From NCBI GenBank assembly GCA_965153285.1, contig OZ229129.1: DNA of 64,000 nucleotides; one strand, given 5' to 3'. The DNA comes from Podarcis tiliguerta. Lineage: Eukaryota. The notes below the pieces were generated by a model. That model saw nothing but the letters and a program-made list of their open reading frames with translations. It was not told the origin of the DNA and did not search any database. Positions 61,656-64,000 of the stretch are shown here, piece after piece. Each line of letters begins with the position of its first letter. The stretch's first letter is position 1. Position numbers and translations under genes: made by a program.

Positions 61656-64000
61656 GGGATTTTTTAGAGCTTGGTAGTGAGAATCAATGCATTGTTAGCA
61701 TCCTGTCTGAACTGAGTCTGCAAGGATGTGGAATATTCTCAATATTTTTTGTCCTCTGTTCAGGGAGTTCGTGATAGAAGGTTAAGGGTTCCTCAGCAGG
61801 TAAGACTGTTGATTGTGTTACCTGAAGGTAAATTAAAAATTAAAAAAAACCCAGTATTCTTTAAGACAGGAAGATAGTAACATGTGTAAGGCATAAGGCC
61901 TAATTGCTACTGGGTATGAAACATTACAAGAACAGGTTTCCGGATACATCACAAGTCAATGGTGCAGGGGAGGTTCAGGCAGGGGAAAGCCAGGATTTAT
62001 GAGGCAAAAATCCTGGCAATGTTCCCCAGTAGGGTCTGGGGAGCTTCCTGCATCCCGCTATGCCCCTCAAGCCTGTGTCTGCCAACTTGAAAGGCAGAGT
62101 GGCTGTGACCTGGAAGTGTGTCCCTGCCATGGATGAGCCTCCATCTCTGGCATGATTTGTGGTTGGTTCCTCCATAATTCAGACAATTGGCATTAATCAA
62201 GAGGCGCTCCTGAACCAACATGTGTTAATGGACTGCAGTCAGTCAGCTGCCGAAAAGACGGGCTTGGCTCTTTGAAAGTATTTGAATGTTTTCTTTGAAG
62301 CTTGAGAATCCTTACAACAGCCAGGAAAGGAAGGGGGAGGACAAGGTGCTTTGTGCATTCTTATGCTTTCTTATGGTTTTCAAATGATCTCCTTCTTTTC
62401 CTGTCCTCCCATGAATAATGAAAAAGACGTGCTTATCCACTGCTGTGTTATTCTGTTTGTTACTTCAGAAAAGAGGGGGAAAGTTTTTGATTTATGCTAA
62501 ACAATGAATTTAACAAGGTTTTACTATGCTTCCCCACTTGATCAAGGCTGAATGGACTTTATTTAAAATTATCCCTGGACTGCTGTTGGAGGAATGCAGT
62601 GGGAGAAAAAAAGAATGAACTTCTGCCAAATGGATGTGGTAAAGAGGCTGCTTTTAACTGTGTGCTGAGTAAGAACTCCAGAGTGGAATTTTAATGGTGG
62701 AGTTTGGATATGCACTGTGAGTTATTTAAGGCTGCAGCTCATATGCTAATGTGTAAACAGAGGAAGTAATGGGATGTGACCTGGTACCATCCAGATAAAC
62801 ACCTTAAAGAACTGAAAAAAATGGAAGATAGTAATTCTCCCAGCACACCAGGTTTGGAACAACAATGCATATGAAGGACTACACATGTGAAATGGATTGT
62901 TTATTTATAAGATGTAACAGGTGCTGTTTGTAAGCTGAAAAAAGCGGCTAGCTGGACGAATGGTTTAATGGCAAGTGAATGATGTCAACTGGACTCTAAA
63001 TAAGAAATGATACGGCTATGCGAGGAAATGATCATCGTGTGTTTGGAACAGGAGTGGGAAGCCTGATTTTAATAAATTGTATGAAATTAAATTAATTTGG
63101 TTTGATTTTAATAATTTTGAAAATTAATATATATATATATATTTTAAAAAAGGAAACATTACAAGAACATATGCTATGGGACCAATTCAGTGCTATACAA
63201 AAAAGAAAAAAACCCAGTGTGGTAAACAGAAAGCCAAAATAATAAAGCTGTCCTTAACTGCCATGCTCTTTGAGGGCTCCAACAGATTGTTAACAAAGCT
63301 ACTTGTGAGGTCACAGAACTCCAAAGAGCAGTAAGAAATTATTTCTTCTAAAACTACATTCCAGGTTTCCTCATTCATTAGCATGTGCATCATGAGTGCA
63401 ACTCTGCCAGCAATGTTAATTGATTCAGCAGCTTGACCACAGATACTGTAAATCAAGGAAATAGGAAGACATATGTACTCACGAGATTGTCATAATTTTT
63501 TTTGTGTGCTCAATGGATGTCATCTCCCTCTGTGCCAGATGGAGAGCTAGCATCGATTTTAGATGCTGTGTTAGCTTCCAGATACTTCCTATGGCTCAAA
63601 ACAAAACAAAACAAACAAAAAACTCCACACACAACAACAAGTTTGCTGAAGTTTCAGCTAAAGTTTTGCCAGTTTGAAATGTTGCTGCTGAATTATGGTG
63701 TTTTGAAAGAATAGAAGCGTCCATCAGAATCCTCCTCCTTTTCTTCTCTCCAGAGCAAATGACAAATCTGGATAGGTGCCATGTTTGAGTTTTACTGCAG
63801 ACATTTGTTTTATATCCCTTCACAAGTTTGTTAATCTCAGTAGGCATGTTTAATATAGCAATTTTCTTGCTGTGTGGTTTTTTTTACTACCAGAAATACG
63901 AATTTTATCCATGAAATCTCATATCTGAGTATCAATCTGACAAACTGCCTGGCTTGGCTCCACACAGCGACAGGCCTCAGCTGAAGAAAATGTTTGTTCT

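Overview
AT-rich, CpG-poor eukaryotic DNA carrying the repeat set of a squamate reptile. The Sauria SINE sequence type suggests a lacertid lizard (inferred from remembered consensus sequences; no database search was run). I find no supportable host protein-coding exon, rRNA, intact tRNA or CRISPR array, so the window reads as a large intron or intergenic region. Every recognisable ORF comes from retroelements: one young 5'-truncated CR1 LINE with an uninterrupted RT ORF (5647-6903), two BovB/RTE LINE 3' fragments, and old CR1 and L2 remnants. Other repeats: six Sauria SINEs (five with target-site duplications, TSDs), a MIR/Ther1-type (Squam3-like) SINE, a tRNA-Ala-derived SINE family, a tRNA-Ile-derived SINE, four TA-flanked Tc1/mariner-pogo-type MITEs, many fold-back MITEs, several solo-LTR-like segments and microsatellites. 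I cannot support a new biological system here. The best second-look items are a Sauria SINE with a 49-bp TSD plus an extra junction duplication, a tRNA-Ile SINE head with a GAT anticodon (possible fossil of inosine-34), nested insertions, and a few repeat-free enhancer-like islands rich in CpG or TF motifs.
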